From Eledone cirrhosa (lineage: Eukaryota), in assembly GCA_964016885.1 (NCBI GenBank), contig OZ024743.1, positions 210,180,001-210,244,000 of the forward strand: 64,000 nt of DNA, read 5' to 3'. This document shows, one piece after another, positions 62,301 to 64,000 of the stretch (positions are counted from its first letter, which is position 1; each line of letters begins with the position of its first letter). The notes under the pieces are model-generated. The model had not been told where the DNA came from. It saw nothing but the letters and a program-made list of their open reading frames with translations, and did not search any database. The position numbers and the translations under genes are program-made.

Positions 62301-64000
62301 GCCACGGATGAAAGCTCTTCACTCCATAAGATATACCACAGTTTACAATCCTATAGCCACAGATGAAAGCTCTTCACTCCATAAGATATACCACAGTTTA
62401 CCATCCTATGGCCACAGATGAAAGCTCTTCACTCCATAAGATATACCACAGTTTACCATCCTATAGCCACAGATGAAAGCTCTTCACTCCATAAGATATA
62501 CCACAGTTTACCATCCTATAGCCACACATGAAAGCTCTTCACTCCATAAGATATACCACAGTTTACCAACCTATAGTCAAGCCACGGATGAAAGCTCTTC
62601 ACTCCATAAGATATACCAGTTTACCATCCTATAGTCACACATGAAAGCTCTTCACTCCATAAGATATAACACAGTTTACCATCCTATAGCCAGATGAAAG
62701 CTCTTCACTCCATAAGATATACCACAGTTTACCATCCTATAGCCACAGATGAAAGCTCTTCGCTCCATAAGATATACCACAGTTTACCATCCTATAGCCA
62801 CAGATGAAAGCTGTTCACTCCGTAAGATATACCACAGTTTACCATCCTATAGCCACAGATGAAAGCTCTTCACTCCATAAGATATACCACAGTTTACCAT
62901 CCTATAACCCCACATGAAAGCTCTTCACTCCATAAGATATACCACAGTTTACCATCCTATAGCCAGATGAAAGCTCTTCACTCCATAAGATATACCACAG
63001 TTAACCATCCTATAGCCACAGATGAAAGCTCTTCACTCCAAAAGATATACCACAGTTTACCATCCTATAGCCACAGATGAAAGCTGTTCACTCCATAAGA
63101 TATACCACAGTTTACCATCCTATAGCCACACATGAAAGCTCTTCACTCCATAAGATATACCACAGTTTACCATCATATAGCCACAGATGAAAGCTGTTCA
63201 CTCCATAAGATATACCACAGTTAACCATCCTATAGCCACAGATGAAAGCTCTTCACTCCAAAAGATATACCACAGTTTACCATCCTATAGCCACACATGA
63301 AAGCTGTTCACTCCATAAGATATACCACAGTTTACCATCCTATAGCCACACATGAAAGCTCTTCACTCCATAAGATATACGACAGTTTACCATCCTATAG
63401 CCACACATGAAAGCTGTTCACTCCATAAGATATACGACAGTTTACCATCCTATAGCCAGATGAAAGCTCTTCACTCCATAAGATATACCACAGTTTACCA
63501 TCCTATAGCCACAGATGAAAGCTCTTCACTCCATAAGATATACCACAGTTTACTATCCTATAGCCACACATGAAAGCTCTTCACTCCATAAGATATACCA
63601 CAGTTTACCATCCTATGGCCACACATGAAAGCTCTTCACCCCATAAGATATACCACAGTTTACCATCCTATAGCCACACATGAAAGCTCTTCACTCCATA
63701 AGATATACCACAGTTTACCATCCTATAGCCACACATGAAAGCTCTTCACCCCATAAGATATACCACAGTTTACCATCCTATTGCCACACATGAAAGTTCT
63801 TCACTCGATAAGATATACCACAGTTTACCATCCTATAGCCACAGATGAAAGCTCTTCACCCCATAAGATATACCACAGTTTACCATCCTATAGCCACACA
63901 TGAAAGCTCTTCACCCCATAAGATATACCACAGTTTACCATCCTATAGCCACACATGAAAGCTCTTCAATCCATAAGATATACCCCAGTTTACCATCCTA
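49100..64000. repeat. Most regular HOR domain: ~3.1-3.2 kb unit (~57-59 monomers), one copy truncated to 1975 bp
   Basis: Identical ORFs at 49692, 52817, 54792, 57917, 61099 (spacings 3125, 1975, 3125, 3182) and at 56935, 60117, 63352 (3182, 3235); domain-specific AAAGATCTT, TTCACACCAT, TTCGCTCC and CTCCGTAAG variants. Confidence 0.88.

Larger units (their letters stand above)
1..64000. repeat. Tandem satellite DNA array, 55-bp monomer, ~1,160-1,170 head-to-tail copies, running off both window ends
   Basis: Consensus GCCACAGATGAAAGCTCTTCACTCCATAAGATATACCACAGTTTACCATCCTATA (e.g. 224-278) recurs continuously, most copies within 0-4 substitutions. No inversion or foreign sequence seen. Copy number estimated as 64000/55. 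Confidence 0.99.

Noticed and set aside
882-63573. Dozens of His/Ser/Tyr-rich ORFs of 61-145 aa (MKALHSIRYTTVYHPIAT...)
   Set aside because: They are translations of two frames of the same 55-bp monomer, extended only where 53- or 60-bp variants skip the stop-containing frame. The monomer length is not a multiple of 3, and there is no unique domain or gene context.
1-64000. CRISPR array (regular ~55-60 bp period with a partly palindromic motif)
   Set aside because: There are no unique spacers, since the whole unit is repeated, and no leader or cas genes.
1-64000. Variable cassette or information-storage system (antigenic-variation cassettes, DGR, guide RNA array)
   Set aside because: Variation is sparse, inherited in duplicated blocks and not confined to a hypervariable window. 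No recombinase, reverse transcriptase or expression site is present. Ordinary satellite turnover explains it.
1-64000. CENP-B box, canonical telomere repeats (TTAGGG/TTAGG), 5S, tRNA or spliced-leader arrays
   Set aside because: None of these motifs or structures is recognisable on either strand of the consensus or common variants.

Overview
The whole 64 kb window is one uninterrupted, single-orientation tandem satellite array of about 1,160-1,170 copies of a 55-bp monomer (consensus GCCACA[G/C]ATGAAAGCTCTTCACTCCATAAGATATACCACAGTTTACCATCCTATA, 40% GC, C-rich + strand, no CpG). I see no unique sequence, gene, RNA gene, transposon or CRISPR spacer, and all listed ORFs are by-products of the repeat. 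I do not recognise the satellite family or the host; an array this large suggests eukaryotic heterochromatin (inference). The interest lies in nested structure: (i) ~11/22-bp sub-repeats and an imperfect dyad in the monomer; (ii) a small set of length variants (51, 53, 55, 60 bp); (iii) a conserved order of diagnostic variant monomers forming a variable-length ~1-3.2 kb higher-order repeat (HOR), itself built from an older duplication; (iv) recent block duplications with periods of 1974, 2969, 2352, 3850, ~4800 and 5100 bp; (v) regional layers of private variants. I found no evidence for a new protein- or RNA-based system. All comparisons were made by eye, so block boundaries are approximate.
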